Assembly: GCA_009859145.1 (NCBI GenBank)
Contig: VRVR01000002.1
Span: 256,724-320,723 of the forward strand
Direction of reading: 5' to 3'
Source: Andalucia godoyi And28
Taxonomy: Eukaryota > Protista > Jakobida
DNA: 64,000 bases
Shown: positions 64,000-64,000 of the stretch, one piece after another
How positions within the stretch are numbered: the stretch's first letter is position 1
How the letters are laid out: every line of letters starts with the position of its first letter
Notes under the pieces: model-generated
The model's input: the letters and a program-made list of their open reading frames with translations, nothing else
What the model was told of the DNA's origin: nothing
Databases searched by the model: none
Translations under genes and position numbers: made by a program

Positions 64000-64000
64000 G

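Noticed and set aside
1-64000. CRISPR arrays, rRNA genes, telomeric repeats, alternative genetic code
   Set aside because: No repeat-spacer array, rRNA motif or telomeric tract was seen. All three stop codons terminate conserved genes, and no conserved domain is interrupted by an in-frame stop.

Overview
Eukaryotic nuclear DNA from a compact, gene-dense, intron-poor genome using the standard code (TAA, TAG and TGA all serve as stops). Centriole/cilium genes (CEP43/FOP, JHY-like, INPP5E-like, CCDC17-like) point to a flagellated protist; the species cannot be determined from sequence alone. I support 27 host protein-coding genes. Five had to be rebuilt across 12 GT-AG introns that the ORF track misses: NEIL1, CCDC17-like, CHMP1, DAD1 and a hotdog thioesterase. 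The main discovery is a ~1.47 kb non-autonomous mobile element at 23926-25400. It carries a frameshifted, internally deleted Fanzor1-like (eukaryotic TnpB, RNA-guided nuclease) gene, imperfect asymmetric terminal inverted repeats with a 3' terminal hairpin (Helitron2-like layout), and a strongly structured right end that looks like an omegaRNA with a possible pseudoknot. A second, nearly identical copy in inverted orientation occupies 1-734 and runs off the window edge. It shares the same frameshift, so the defective form itself appears to have been duplicated recently. Other points of interest are an unclassified structured non-coding repeat (34594-34834 and 62657-63038), a DASH/Dam1 kinetochore subunit, a RING protein with two putative CesT/YbjN-like domains, a bacterial-type DUF72 gene and a secreted C39-like peptidase. 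All family assignments come from motif recognition by eye; no database searches or folding programs were run.
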